Numbered from the stretch's first letter, positions 48,820-58,960 are shown. The stretch is DNA of 64,000 nucleotides from Minisyncoccota bacterium (GCA_026195275.1 JAPHQU010000003.1:7852-71851); one strand, 5' to 3'. Translations and numbers: made by a program. The notes: a model not told the origin generated them from the letters alone.

Positions 48820-49299
48820 ATGCAAGAAATGAATCGAAACGAGAAGGTTGCGGTAGCTGTCGGTCTGGTAGCTGTCGCAATCATACTCTTTATTGGTATT
48901 GTTAACGCACTTATTTCTCGGTCTGCGCCGCAGGGTGTCGGGTCGACCATGCCTATGGAAGAAAATCTCCCTGGAGGATTGATCATTGAAGATGTTGTTG
49001 TTGGTGAAGGGGCTGAGGCGACACCCGGCTCTATTGTGGTTGCCCACTACACCGGAACGCTTGAAGACGGGACTGTGTTTGACAGCTCGGTGAGTCGGGG
49101 TGTGCCATTTAGTTTTATGCTCGGAGCAGGGCAGGTTATCCGTGGGTGGGATCTTGGAATTGCCGGTATGAAAGTCGGCGGCAAACGAAAGCTTATCATC
49201 CCCGCAGAGCTCGCATACGGTGAGCGTGCGATTGGTTCAATCCCAGCAAACTCCACACTCCTCTTTGAGGTTGAGCTCATTGATGTAAAAAGTCAGTAG
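48820..49299 (+). CDS. FKBP-type peptidyl-prolyl cis-trans isomerase, membrane-anchored
   Basis: N-terminal TM helix and an FKBP domain ([15 protein letters not shown]...[26 protein letters not shown]). Confidence 0.85.
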   Translation: MQEMNRNEKVAVAVGLVAVAIILFIGIVNALISRSAPQGVGSTMPMEENLPGGLIIEDVVVGEGAEATPGSIVVAHYTGTLEDGTVFDSSVSRGVPFSFMLGAGQVIRGWDLGIAGMKVGGKRKLIIPAELAYGERAIGSIPANSTLLFEVELIDVKSQ

Positions 49300-49301
49300 A
49301 T

Positions 49302-49517
49302 ATGAGTATTGAACAGACGCTCCTTGCTCTTGCCGCAGTGTTGGCGCTTGGTGGGACATATGCATGGGTGCAATTCGTCTTCTCGCTCTTAAGACATTCT
49401 TCCGAGCTTGAGGGTAAGCCACTTCGTTCAAAGTGCTTTATTGGGGCGGTTATCTTTACTCTCGGTTTTTTACTCGCGATTCACGCGCTTAGATCTTCTT
49501 GCGGCGTTGCATTGTAG
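49302..49517 (+). CDS. hypothetical small membrane protein
   Basis: 71 aa with two hydrophobic segments. Confidence 0.3.
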   Translation: MSIEQTLLALAAVLALGGTYAWVQFVFSLLRHSSELEGKPLRSKCFIGAVIFTLGFLLAIHALRSSCGVAL

Positions 49518-49544
49518 CTTCCCCACGAAAAACAACATTCATCA

Positions 49545-50744
49545 ATGTCAGCAATCTCTTTTCGTATCGACAAGAGGCTCCCGGGGCGCCTTGGGCGAGC
49601 GGGAGTCATTAAGACGCCACATGGCCACATTGAGACCCCTGCGTTCGTTGTTGTGGGCACGAAAGCAACAGTGAAAGCGCTTACTCCGGAGCAGCTGCTT
49701 GCAGATGTGGGCGCACAGGCGGTGCTTGCTAACACGTACCACCTCTACCTTGAGCCTGGTGAGGAGATCCTTAAGGAGGCCGGCGGATTACATGGATTCA
49801 TGAATTGGCAGGGTCCGTCATTCACTGACTCGGGTGGATTTCAGGTGTTTTCACTCGGTGCGGGACTTGGTCGAGGGTTGAGTAAGTTTGGTCCAACTAA
49901 TGCAGCTGCCATTGAGGATGTGCGGACCGAAACACGCGAGACCATGGTGAAGATTGATGAAGACGGTGTGTCGTTTCAGTCATATATTGACGGAAGCAGC
50001 CACCGCTTCACTCCCGAGCGTTCGATGGAGATACAGCACGCGATCGGCGCAGATATTATGTTTGCGTTTGACGAGTGTCCATCGCCGACAACAACAAAAG
50101 AATATCAGCGTGAAGCAATGGAGCGCACACACCGGTGGGCGGAGCGCAGTCTTCTGCACCATAAGGCACAGGGAGGAGATGCAGCGCAGGGGCTTTTTGG
50201 GATTGTCCAAGGTGGTGCATTTGAAGATCTGCGCAAAGAGAGCGCACAGACGCTTGCCAAGATGGACTTTGCTGGGTTTGGCATTGGTGGCTCATACACT
50301 AAAGAAGATTTTAAGGAGATCTTACCGGCAGTGAACAGCATTCTACCGGAGGAGAAACCGCGACACCTCCTGGGTATTGGTGAGCCGGCAGATCTCTTTG
50401 TAGGTATTGAGCACGGTATCGATACATTTGACTGTGTAGCACCAACACGTATCGCACGCAATGGCATGCTCTACACTAAAGACGGGCTTATTAATATACT
50501 CAACAGCAAATACCGAACCGACTTCTCTCTCATTGATCCTGATACACCAAGTTATACATCAAACCACTATACGCGTGCGTACCTGGCGCACCTCTTCCGC
50601 TCTAAAGAGATGCTCGGTGCGACGCTTGCGTCCATCCACAACCTTTATTTCATTGTTACGCTGGTGAAAGATATTCGTCAGTCAATCCTAGATGATAGAT
50701 TTGACAGATTCAGAGAAGAATTTTTGGGGAGATATCTTGGGTGA
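49545..50744 (+). CDS. tgt: queuine tRNA-ribosyltransferase
   Basis: TIM-barrel Tgt motifs (TDSGGFQ, active-site Asp region, Zn-binding CxCxxC...H). Confidence 0.9.
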   Translation: MSAISFRIDKRLPGRLGRAGVIKTPHGHIETPAFVVVGTKATVKALTPEQLLADVGAQAVLANTYHLYLEPGEEILKEAGGLHGFMNWQGPSFTDSGGFQVFSLGAGLGRGLSKFGPTNAAAIEDVRTETRETMVKIDEDGVSFQSYIDGSSHRFTPERSMEIQHAIGADIMFAFDECPSPTTTKEYQREAMERTHRWAERSLLHHKAQGGDAAQGLFGIVQGGAFEDLRKESAQTLAKMDFAGFGIGGSYTKEDFKEILPAVNSILPEEKPRHLLGIGEPADLFVGIEHGIDTFDCVAPTRIARNGMLYTKDGLINILNSKYRTDFSLIDPDTPSYTSNHYTRAYLAHLFRSKEMLGATLASIHNLYFIVTLVKDIRQSILDDRFDRFREEFLGRYLG

Positions 50745-50812
50745 TGCAGTGGTGAGTAACGAGAGCGCGGGTGGCAAGCATAGCCCCTCTCTGATATGCT
50801 CTTCGATAACAT

Positions 50813-52825
50813 ATGAAGAAGTTTAAACTCCACTCCCCATATAAACCCGCCGGAGATCAGCCGGGTGCGATCAAGACACTTACAGAGGGTGTAAAGAGAG
50901 GCGAACGACACCAGACGCTTTTAGGAGTGACCGGCTCGGGGAAGACCTTCGTGGTTGCGAGTGTTATTGAAGAGGTGCAAAAGCCGACCTTGGTCATCGC
51001 GCACAACAAGACCCTCGCCGCGCAGCTTGCGCAAGAGTATCGAGAGTTCTTCCCCGAGAATGCGGTACATTACTTCGTGTCGTATTACGACTACTACCAG
51101 CCGGAGGCATACGTGCCGACTTCTGATACTTATATTGAGAAAGAAGCACAGATCAACGAAGAAATTGATCGTCTACGTCACGCATCAACTCAAGCGCTCC
51201 TCACTCGCAATGATGTCATCATTGTTGCATCGGTTTCGTGTATTTATGGACTTGGTTCCCCCGAGGAGTATAAAAAAGTGCATCTTAATGTGGCTGTTGG
51301 CGAGAAGCTCTCGCGGGCTGACTTCATACGTAAACTCGTTGATATTTATTTCGAGCGCACCAACGCCGACCTTACCCCCGGCACCTTTCGTGCACTTGGG
51401 AACTATATCGAGATCATGCCAACGGGTGAGCGTGTTATTTATCGTATCACCATGACCCCGGAAGGAGTGACCGGCATCACGGTCATTGACGCGCTATCGC
51501 GGCAAATACTTGAGGAGAGAGAGAATCTTTTCATATTTCCGGCGAAGCACTACGTCACGCCCGAGCACGAACGCGCGCAGGCAATCGCAGACATTAAAAA
51601 GGAGCTTGCTTCGCAACTCAAGAAGTTTGAGCGAGAAGGGAAGGCGCTTGAAGCAGAACGCCTCAAACGACGTACTCAACAAGACCTTGCACTTATTCGT
51701 GAGATTGGATACTGCAACGGTATCGAGAATTATTCGCGGCACTTTGATCGCCGTAAGGAAGGTGAGCCGCCGTACACGTTGCTTGACTATTTCCCTCATA
51801 AAAAGGATGGTACGCCGGATTTCCTCACAGTGATCGATGAATCACACGTGACCATCCCGCAGATTGGTGGAATGTACGCAGGCGACCAGGCACGCAAACA
51901 GAACCTTGTTGCATATGGTTTTCGCTTACCATCAGCAAAGGACAACCGCCCGCTCAACTTCGAGGAATTTGAGAGGCGGGTCGGTGAAAGTCTTTACACT
52001 TCTGCAACCCCAGGTGTATATGAGATTGAGTGTTCAGGCAAACCAGTCGAGTTGGTCATCCGCCCGACCGGACTTGTTGATCCGGAGATTGAGGTAAAAC
52101 CAATTGTGGAGAAGGGTGCATACAAAGGACAAATCCAAGACTTTATCGCGGAGACAGAAAAGACGGTAAAGAGAGGCGGGCGTGTTTTAGTAACAACGCT
52201 GACTAAGAAGATGGCGGAAGACCTCAGTGAATTCTTGAAAGACAAGGATATTAAAGCAACATACATTCACAGCGATGTAAAAACCATCGAGCGTATCGAG
52301 ATACTTACTCAATTCCGTAAAGGGGAGTTCGATGTGCTTGTTGGGGTGAACCTGCTTCGCGAAGGACTTGATCTTCCCGAAGTGGAACTGGTCGGTATTC
52401 TCGATGCTGATAAAGAAGGATTTCTTCGCTCAGAGACCTCGCTCATCCAGACCATTGGTCGCGCAGCGCGCAATGTTCTCGGGCAAGTGATTCTCTACGC
52501 AGACGAGATGACCGGCTCTATGGAGCGAGCGATTGGAGAGACCAACCGCCGCCGCGAGAGGCAGCTCGCGTACAATAAAGAGCACGGTATCACACCACAG
52601 ACCATTAAGAAGCAAATCAAGGACATCACTGAGCAGTTGCGTACGGAGCACCAGAAGTCAGTCAGTACGCTACTTACGATTGATAAAGAGCTCTACAAGA
52701 AGAATCCAGAGAAGTTCATTAAGGAGAAACGCAGGCAAATGGAAAAAGCGGTCAAAGAACTCGATTTTGAGACAGCTGCAATCATCCGCGATGAGATCTA
52801 CATACTCGAAAGCAGAAGCAAATAA
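50813..52825 (+). CDS. uvrB: excinuclease ABC subunit B
   Basis: Helicase motifs (GVTGSGKT, DESH), beta-hairpin region, C-terminal UVR domain. 670 aa. Confidence 0.95.
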   Translation: MKKFKLHSPYKPAGDQPGAIKTLTEGVKRGERHQTLLGVTGSGKTFVVASVIEEVQKPTLVIAHNKTLAAQLAQEYREFFPENAVHYFVSYYDYYQPEAYVPTSDTYIEKEAQINEEIDRLRHASTQALLTRNDVIIVASVSCIYGLGSPEEYKKVHLNVAVGEKLSRADFIRKLVDIYFERTNADLTPGTFRALGNYIEIMPTGERVIYRITMTPEGVTGITVIDALSRQILEERENLFIFPAKHYVTPEHERAQAIADIKKELASQLKKFEREGKALEAERLKRRTQQDLALIREIGYCNGIENYSRHFDRRKEGEPPYTLLDYFPHKKDGTPDFLTVIDESHVTIPQIGGMYAGDQARKQNLVAYGFRLPSAKDNRPLNFEEFERRVGESLYTSATPGVYEIECSGKPVELVIRPTGLVDPEIEVKPIVEKGAYKGQIQDFIAETEKTVKRGGRVLVTTLTKKMAEDLSEFLKDKDIKATYIHSDVKTIERIEILTQFRKGEFDVLVGVNLLREGLDLPEVELVGILDADKEGFLRSETSLIQTIGRAARNVLGQVILYADEMTGSMERAIGETNRRRERQLAYNKEHGITPQTIKKQIKDITEQLRTEHQKSVSTLLTIDKELYKKNPEKFIKEKRRQMEKAVKELDFETAAIIRDEIYILESRSK

Positions 52826-52930
52826 CCATCACCTCTAACACTCAACATTCAATATCTAATACATAATACGCAACACATAACATCTAACACATACAACGCA
52901 TAACACCCAACACACATCACCCAACACACA

Positions 52931-52966
52931 TCACCGAACACTACCATATATGGTAGTGTTCGGTGA
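52931..52966. promoter_or_regulatory. 36-bp perfect palindrome tcaccgaacactaccatatatggtagtgttcggtga (candidate operator 1)
   Basis: Exact inverted repeat, verified base by base. Contains the shared 16-bp core CTACCATATATGGTAG. Confidence 0.6.
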
Positions 52967-53025
52967 TGAACAATAAAGCAATCAGGTAGAGGATAAAGCT
53001 TAAGTAAAACAAGTGCACAAAAAAA

Positions 53026-53059
53026 CAACCAATACTACCATATATGGTAGTATTGGTTG
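53026..53059. promoter_or_regulatory. 34-bp perfect palindrome caaccaatactaccatatatggtagtattggttg (candidate operator 2, abuts the regulator start codon)
   Basis: Exact inverted repeat with the same 16-bp core. Ends 3 nt before the ATG at 53063. Confidence 0.6.
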
Positions 53060-53062
53060 TAT

Positions 53063-53527
53063 ATGAAGAAACGCTCTAACGACCTCTCTGATTTTGAACG
53101 CATGCAGACGCTCGACATGCTCTATACAGCAACGTCGGGAGTGCGTGGACGAGATTCAATGAGACGTTTTTTGCGCGACCTATTGACTGAGAGTGAACGC
53201 ATTATGCTCGGACGGCGTATTTGGATCGCAAGATTATTATTACAAGATTGGACATATGATGAGATAGCGATTGAGCTAAAGGTTGGCTATGGAACAATAA
53301 GTCGTGTTGATAGGTGGCTTCGTGATCAGATGCCGGGCTATGAAGAGGCAATACAGGCACTTTACGAAGAAGATGCAAAGCGCGAAAAGGGACGTGCGGT
53401 TGCTATGAATCCTTTTGGACTCACTGCTCTTAAGAAGAAGTACCCGCTACACTTTCTCCTTTTTCCAGATCCGGTAAAAGTTAAAAAGGTAAAGAATTCA
53501 AGGAGAAGGGGAAAAAGAAAAGATTAG
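53063..53527 (+). CDS. TrpR/YerC-like helix-turn-helix DNA-binding protein
   Basis: LLTESERIMLGRRIWIARLLLQDWTYDEIAIELKVGYGTISRV matches the Trp-repressor-like (YerC/YecD) fold pattern. The ORF track extends to a TTG at 53057. Confidence 0.55.
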   Translation: MKKRSNDLSDFERMQTLDMLYTATSGVRGRDSMRRFLRDLLTESERIMLGRRIWIARLLLQDWTYDEIAIELKVGYGTISRVDRWLRDQMPGYEEAIQALYEEDAKREKGRAVAMNPFGLTALKKKYPLHFLLFPDPVKVKKVKNSRRRGKRKD

Positions 53528-53535
53528 ACAAAAAT

Positions 53536-53577
53536 AAAAAACCACCTTACTACCATATATGGTAGTAAGGTGGTTTT
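53536..53577. promoter_or_regulatory. 42-bp perfect palindrome aaaaaccaccttactaccatatatggtagtaaggtggttttt (candidate operator 3 / terminator)
   Basis: Exact inverted repeat with the same 16-bp core. It sits between the regulator stop and uvrA. Confidence 0.6.
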
Positions 53578-53661
53578 TATTTTGCTTTCATAATTCTATC
53601 TTCCTGATATACTCACTCTATATACCCCTATGCGCGCAAGCGTTGGGGCTTTCCGTGTGGT

Positions 53662-56286
53662 ATGACAGAAAACAACTCAAAAAAGAAGAATAAAGACGTT
53701 ATAGGCACCCACAAAATCTGTGTTCGAGGTGCCAAGACACACAACCTAAAGAACGTGGATATTGAGATGCCGCGCGATAAAATGGTGGTCTTTACCGGAG
53801 TCTCCGGCTCGGGTAAATCATCGCTCGCATTCGATACGATCTTTGCTGAAGGGCAGCGCAAATACGTTGAGTCACTCTCTTCGTATGCGCGACAGTTCCT
53901 TCGTCAGATGCAGAAGCCGGATGTTGAGGAGATTACCGGGCTTTCTCCCGCTATCTCAATTGATCAGAAGAGTCGCTCGAACAATCCGCGCTCAACTGTC
54001 GCGACCATTACCGAGATCTACGACTATCTGCGTATCCTCTACGCACGAATCGGCAAGCCATACTGTCTGCACCACGATGTCGAAATCAAGAGACTTTCAC
54101 ACGAAGAAGTGGTACAGGTGATTCTCTCAACAATCAAAAAGACTGACATTAAAAAAGGAAGCAAGAAAGTGCTCGGGGCGGAATATTCTGATCTGAAACT
54201 TCGTATTTACTCACCACTTGTGGTGGGGCGGAAGGGGGAATACTACCAACTCCTCTATGATCTTCTTGGTAAGGGCTACGAGCGCGTGCTCATCGACGGA
54301 TCGCTCAAGAGACTGCGCGAGCGCATAGAACTCAAGAAGACCAAGAAGCACGATATTGATGTGCTTGTTGATGAGATCTATGTGAGCGAGTTTACTGATG
54401 ACAAGAAGAGCGCACTCGAGCGGCTTTCTGAGGCTGTTGAGCGCGCCCTTGAGGAGAGCGATGGCTTGATCAAGATTGAAAGCCCCGATGGAGAGATGCG
54501 CACACTCTCAGCAAAGTTCATCTGTCCGGAGGATGGGAGCTCATTTCCTGAGGTTGAACCGCGACTTTTCTCATTCAACTCACCATATGGCGCGTGCTCA
54601 GAGTGTAATGGGCTCGGCACCAAGTATTTCTTTGGAAGTGAGGTGTGTGATTTGTGTCAGGGCGCACGCCTGCGCCCAGAAGCACTCCGTGTCTATCTTG
54701 GTGGCGACCCAAAGAGCGGCAAGAACATCGTTGACTTTACTGCACTCTCGATAGCGGATGCATATGAGTTTTTGGGGACCCTCAAGCTGACCAAGAAAGA
54801 TCAGGAGATCTCAAATGTGATTATCAAAGAGATTTTGAGTCGGTTGCAGTTTATGATTGACGTGGGCATTGAGTATCTCTCGCTTGATCGTCGGGCAAAT
54901 ACACTCTCTGGTGGAGAAGCGCAGCGCATCCGCCTCGCGAGCCAACTCGGCTCCGGTCTCGTCGGTGCGCTCTATGTGCTTGATGAGCCGACGATTGGGC
55001 TTCACCAGCGTGATAACGACCGCCTTATCAAGACATTGCTTAACTTGCGCGACTTGGGCAACACGATTGTTGTTGTTGAGCATGATGAAGATACAATCTA
55101 TGCGGCGGATTATATTGTTGATATCGGTCCGGGGGCAGGGGTTCATGGTGGAGAGATCGTTGTATCCGGGTGGCTTGATGAGCTTCTCACAGCAAAAACC
55201 AACAAGTCGGAGTCAGTCACGCTTGAGTATCTGCGTGGAGAGAGGGTGATTGAAGTGCCTTCCAGTCGCCGTGATGGAGAGAAAGGAAAGCTCATCGTGC
55301 GCGGTGGCAACATCTTTAATATTAAAAACATGAACGTGGATGTACCACTTGGGCGACTCTCGGTCGTGACGGGTGTTTCCGGTTCAGGTAAGTCGAGTTT
55401 TCTCTATGAGATTCTCTACAAAAACCTCCGTGCACGGTTTGATCGAAAGTATCGCTCAGCTCAGGTATATAACTGTTCGAAGTTTGACGGTACCGAGTAT
55501 CTCGGACGTTCAATCCTTATCGACCAGTCGCCGATCGGGCGTACACCGCGCTCAAACCCAGCGACATACACTGGTGCGTTTACCCATATCCGCGACCTCT
55601 TCGCCGCAACAAATGAAGCGCGTGCACGTGGTTGGAAAGCAGGGCGATTCTCATTCAACGTAAAAGGTGGGCGTTGCGAAGCATGTCAGGGGAACGGCAC
55701 GATTGCAGTGGAGATGCACTTCCTCCCGACAGTGCATGTATCGTGCGATGTTTGTGGTGGCAAGCGCTTCACCAAAGAGACGCTCGAGGTGAAATATAAA
55801 CACAAGAACATCTACGAGGTGCTCCAGATGACAATTGAAGAGGCGCTTGAATTCTTTAACGATATCCCGGCTATCTACGATCGACTCAAAACACTGAATG
55901 ACGTCGGGCTTGGCTACCTTGAGCTTGGACAGTCAGCAACCACTCTCTCAGGGGGTGAAGCGCAGCGTGTAAAAATCTCAAGTGAGCTCTACCGCCCGCA
56001 TACACAAAAAACAATTTACCTGCTCGACGAGCCAACAATCGGACTTCACTATGAGGATGTGAAGAAGCTTATTGAGATTCTCCAGGAACTCGTAAATAAA
56101 GGGAATACGGTTATCTTAATTGAGCACAGCATGGATATCATCAAGAGTGCCGATTATGTTATCGATATTGGGCCCGAAGGCGGTGTTGGTGGTGGTAAGG
56201 TGGTTGCAAAAGGAACTCCCGAGGAAGTGGCACAATCAAAAGAATCGTATACGGGAAAGTATTTAAAGCACGTACTTAAGAAATAA
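53662..56286 (+). CDS. uvrA: excinuclease ABC subunit A
   Basis: Tandem ABC ATPase modules (GVSGSGKSS; LSGGEAQR signature twice) and zinc-finger Cys clusters. 874 aa. Confidence 0.95.
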   Translation: MTENNSKKKNKDVIGTHKICVRGAKTHNLKNVDIEMPRDKMVVFTGVSGSGKSSLAFDTIFAEGQRKYVESLSSYARQFLRQMQKPDVEEITGLSPAISIDQKSRSNNPRSTVATITEIYDYLRILYARIGKPYCLHHDVEIKRLSHEEVVQVILSTIKKTDIKKGSKKVLGAEYSDLKLRIYSPLVVGRKGEYYQLLYDLLGKGYERVLIDGSLKRLRERIELKKTKKHDIDVLVDEIYVSEFTDDKKSALERLSEAVERALEESDGLIKIESPDGEMRTLSAKFICPEDGSSFPEVEPRLFSFNSPYGACSECNGLGTKYFFGSEVCDLCQGARLRPEALRVYLGGDPKSGKNIVDFTALSIADAYEFLGTLKLTKKDQEISNVIIKEILSRLQFMIDVGIEYLSLDRRANTLSGGEAQRIRLASQLGSGLVGALYVLDEPTIGLHQRDNDRLIKTLLNLRDLGNTIVVVEHDEDTIYAADYIVDIGPGAGVHGGEIVVSGWLDELLTAKTNKSESVTLEYLRGERVIEVPSSRRDGEKGKLIVRGGNIFNIKNMNVDVPLGRLSVVTGVSGSGKSSFLYEILYKNLRARFDRKYRSAQVYNCSKFDGTEYLGRSILIDQSPIGRTPRSNPATYTGAFTHIRDLFAATNEARARGWKAGRFSFNVKGGRCEACQGNGTIAVEMHFLPTVHVSCDVCGGKRFTKETLEVKYKHKNIYEVLQMTIEEALEFFNDIPAIYDRLKTLNDVGLGYLELGQSATTLSGGEAQRVKISSELYRPHTQKTIYLLDEPTIGLHYEDVKKLIEILQELVNKGNTVILIEHSMDIIKSADYVIDIGPEGGVGGGKVVAKGTPEEVAQSKESYTGKYLKHVLKK

Positions 56287-56376
56287 AGAGTGGTTGGACT
56301 TTTTTGTGAGTAGTGGTAATCTAAGACTTTAGAATGCTCTCATCTTTCTGGAATCAGGATTTAGGGGGGGTCTGTC

Positions 56377-56643
56377 ATGTTTGACCAGAAACAAACGTTT
56401 AACAACATTACCTTTTCGCAAGAAGAGGTGCTTAAAATGCTCAAGAAGCATTTTGGTGTAATAACCATAAAGGGGGTCTTTCTAGCGTCGTACCACTCAC
56501 AGTATGGGCCGGAGTCTAAGTCCCGTCCGCACAAAGAAGTAAGTTGTTGTATTAATCGGGAGTTGGCGTGTGCACGTAGGCTCGCACAGTTGCCGTATTT
56601 TGTTATGCGGACATACCAGCTCATTGCTGAAGAGGGGGAATAG
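56377..56643 (+). CDS. hypothetical small protein
   Basis: 88-aa ORF between uvrA and uvrC. No family recognised; it may not be real. Confidence 0.15.
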   Translation: MFDQKQTFNNITFSQEEVLKMLKKHFGVITIKGVFLASYHSQYGPESKSRPHKEVSCCINRELACARRLAQLPYFVMRTYQLIAEEGE

Positions 56644-56667
56644 AGACCCTTCGTCCGCCGCGGTCTC

Positions 56668-57927
56668 ATGACCGCGGCGACTTATTTATACATGCAGGTA
56701 AAAGATTTAAAAAAGAATGACTTACCAGATACACCTGGTGTGTACATCTTTCGTGGCACCAAAAAAGAGATACTTTACATCGGTAAGGCAACTAGTCTGC
56801 GCGACCGTGTGCGCAGTTATTTTGCCTCCGATATCGCAACCGTACGCAGTCCACTTATTGCACGTATGGTCGATGAAGCAAAGGATATTACCTGGGAGGA
56901 AACTGATTCGGTACTCGACGCGCTCATACTTGAGGCGAATTTGATTAAGAAACATCAGCCAATTTACAACTCGAGGGAGAAGGACGATAAGAGTTTTAAC
57001 TATGTGGTCATCACAAACGAAATGTTTCCGCGCGTGCTTTCAGTGCGCGGGAAGGATCTGCCAACTTTCAAAGTTGGACAGGTCGGAGTAAAAGCAATCT
57101 ATGGTCCCTACCCAAAAGGGGGTCAGTTCAAGGAAGCTATTAAAATCATCCGCAAGATCTTTCCATTCTTTGATACAAAGTTTCCAATTACCGACACGCT
57201 CACTAGAGCCCAAGAAAAGTCGGTGCGTTTCAATCAGTCAATCGGTGTCTACCCGGGGCGAGCGGGCGAGAAGCTTGATAAGAAAGGGTACGCGCGCACC
57301 GTGCGACATCTTAAGCTTTTCTTCGAGGGTAAGAAGAAGCAGCTCATCAAACAGCTTGAACGCGAGATGAAACAGTTTGCCAAGGAAGAGCGTTTTGAAG
57401 AGGCGACAGAGGTCAGGCGACAGCTTTTTGCACTCACACATATTCAGGATGTATCGCTCGTTAAGGAGGAGTATCAGCCGGTGCGTGCCGAGGCATTCCG
57501 CATTGAGGCATATGACGTGGCGCACACGTCAGGCAAGCAGGTAACGGGTGTTATGACTGTGATTGTAGACGGGGAAGCGCAGAAAGGTGAGTTTCGAAAG
57601 TTCAAAGTGTCGAGAGACGCCAACAATGACGTTGCTGCACTTCGCGAAGTTCTCTCGCGCCGACTCGGGCACAGTGAGTGGCGCTACCCGAAACTGATTG
57701 TTGTGGATGGCGGTGCTGCGCAAGTGAACATTGCAAAGAAAGTTCTTGCTGAATACGGATATGCAATACCGGTTGTTGGGGTGGTAAAGGACGAACATCA
57801 CCGTCCAAAGGGGTTTGTTGGCGATAAGGACTACATGAAGGAGTATGAGCGGGATATCGTCCTTGCTAACGCCGAAGCACATCGATTTTCAGTTTTGTAT
57901 CATAGGAAACTTCGTAGCGGACTCTAG
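56668..57927 (+). CDS. uvrC: excinuclease ABC subunit C, short form (GIY-YIG + UVR + RNase H-like endonuclease; no HhH)
   Basis: GIY-YIG motif (PGVYIFRG...ILYIGKA), UVR-like helix, C-terminal YDVAHTSG endonuclease domain. 419 aa. The start may be at 56692. Confidence 0.8.
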   Translation: MTAATYLYMQVKDLKKNDLPDTPGVYIFRGTKKEILYIGKATSLRDRVRSYFASDIATVRSPLIARMVDEAKDITWEETDSVLDALILEANLIKKHQPIYNSREKDDKSFNYVVITNEMFPRVLSVRGKDLPTFKVGQVGVKAIYGPYPKGGQFKEAIKIIRKIFPFFDTKFPITDTLTRAQEKSVRFNQSIGVYPGRAGEKLDKKGYARTVRHLKLFFEGKKKQLIKQLEREMKQFAKEERFEEATEVRRQLFALTHIQDVSLVKEEYQPVRAEAFRIEAYDVAHTSGKQVTGVMTVIVDGEAQKGEFRKFKVSRDANNDVAALREVLSRRLGHSEWRYPKLIVVDGGAAQVNIAKKVLAEYGYAIPVVGVVKDEHHRPKGFVGDKDYMKEYERDIVLANAEAHRFSVLYHRKLRSGL

Positions 57928-57967
57928 AGGTATTAATGCTCTGGTGGGAGCGTGATATACTTTTAGT

Positions 57968-58936
57968 ATGTCAAAATTACGGGTAGGGGTTCTTCGCGGT
58001 GGGCAATCGAGCGACTATGATATGTCGCTGAAGACGGGCGGGCGTGTGTTACAACATCTCTCAAAGGAGAAATACACCACGCACGATATCTACATTTCCC
58101 GTAACGGTGTGTGGCATATGCGTGGGTTTGAGGTGTCGCCGGAACGCGCACTAAAACAGGTTGACGTGGTCTTTAATGCGCTCCATGGTGAGTACGGTGA
58201 AGACGGGGTGGTACAAAAACTTCTCGACACCTTCGGTGTGCCGTACACCGGCTCTGGAGCTCTCCCTTCAGCGCTTGCGATGAGTAAATTGCGCGCCAAG
58301 GAAATCGTCTCTCGACTCGGTGTACGCACACCCATGACTCGTTTAGTCGAACACAATTCTGATCTTCGTTCGTGCGCACTCGAGATATTCCGCACCTTCC
58401 CATTTCCGCTTCTTATTAAACCTGTTCGTGGTGGATCATCACGAGGCATCGTCTTTGTCGGTTCTTTTTATGAACTCGAACAGGCTCTCGAATACACATT
58501 TGAATCTCTGGGAGAGATAATGATCGAAGAATATGTTCGTGGGAAAGAGGTTACTAGTGGTGTAATTAAAAATTTTCGAGGTGAAGATCACTACACGCTT
58601 TTGCCGATTGAAATTGAGTTAGAAGGAGAGAGGCCATATCTTGATACCGAGGCAAAACACAGCGGTCTCTATCGCGCACATTGCCCGGGAGGCCTCTCGG
58701 CGGAGGAGAAACTGCGTGTTCGTGAGGCAACACGATTAGTGCACGATGCATTAGGGCTTGGTCAGTATTCTCGTTCAGACTTCATATGTACTCCGCGTGG
58801 TATCTATTTTCTTGAGGCGAATACTCAGCCCGACCTACGGGAAGAATCCCTCGTCAACCGCGCACTTTCTGAAGTGGGGTGTTCTTTTTCTGAGTTTGTT
58901 GAACACACGATCAATCTTGCGGTAGAAGGAAAGTAG
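57968..58936 (+). CDS. ddl: D-alanine--D-alanine ligase
   Basis: ATP-grasp fold. N-terminal VGVLRGGQSSDYDMSL and ALHGEYGEDG motifs. Confidence 0.9.
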   Translation: MSKLRVGVLRGGQSSDYDMSLKTGGRVLQHLSKEKYTTHDIYISRNGVWHMRGFEVSPERALKQVDVVFNALHGEYGEDGVVQKLLDTFGVPYTGSGALPSALAMSKLRAKEIVSRLGVRTPMTRLVEHNSDLRSCALEIFRTFPFPLLIKPVRGGSSRGIVFVGSFYELEQALEYTFESLGEIMIEEYVRGKEVTSGVIKNFRGEDHYTLLPIEIELEGERPYLDTEAKHSGLYRAHCPGGLSAEEKLRVREATRLVHDALGLGQYSRSDFICTPRGIYFLEANTQPDLREESLVNRALSEVGCSFSEFVEHTINLAVEGK

Positions 58937-58960
58937 GGTATAATACTTCGGTACTTAGAT

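Noticed and set aside
52826-52930. CRISPR array
   Set aside because: The CA-rich tract has no regular repeat-spacer periodicity, and no other spaced direct repeats were seen anywhere in the window.
53628-53861. 77-aa minus ORF overlapping the uvrA start
   Set aside because: It overlaps a confidently identified uvrA N-terminus on the opposite strand.
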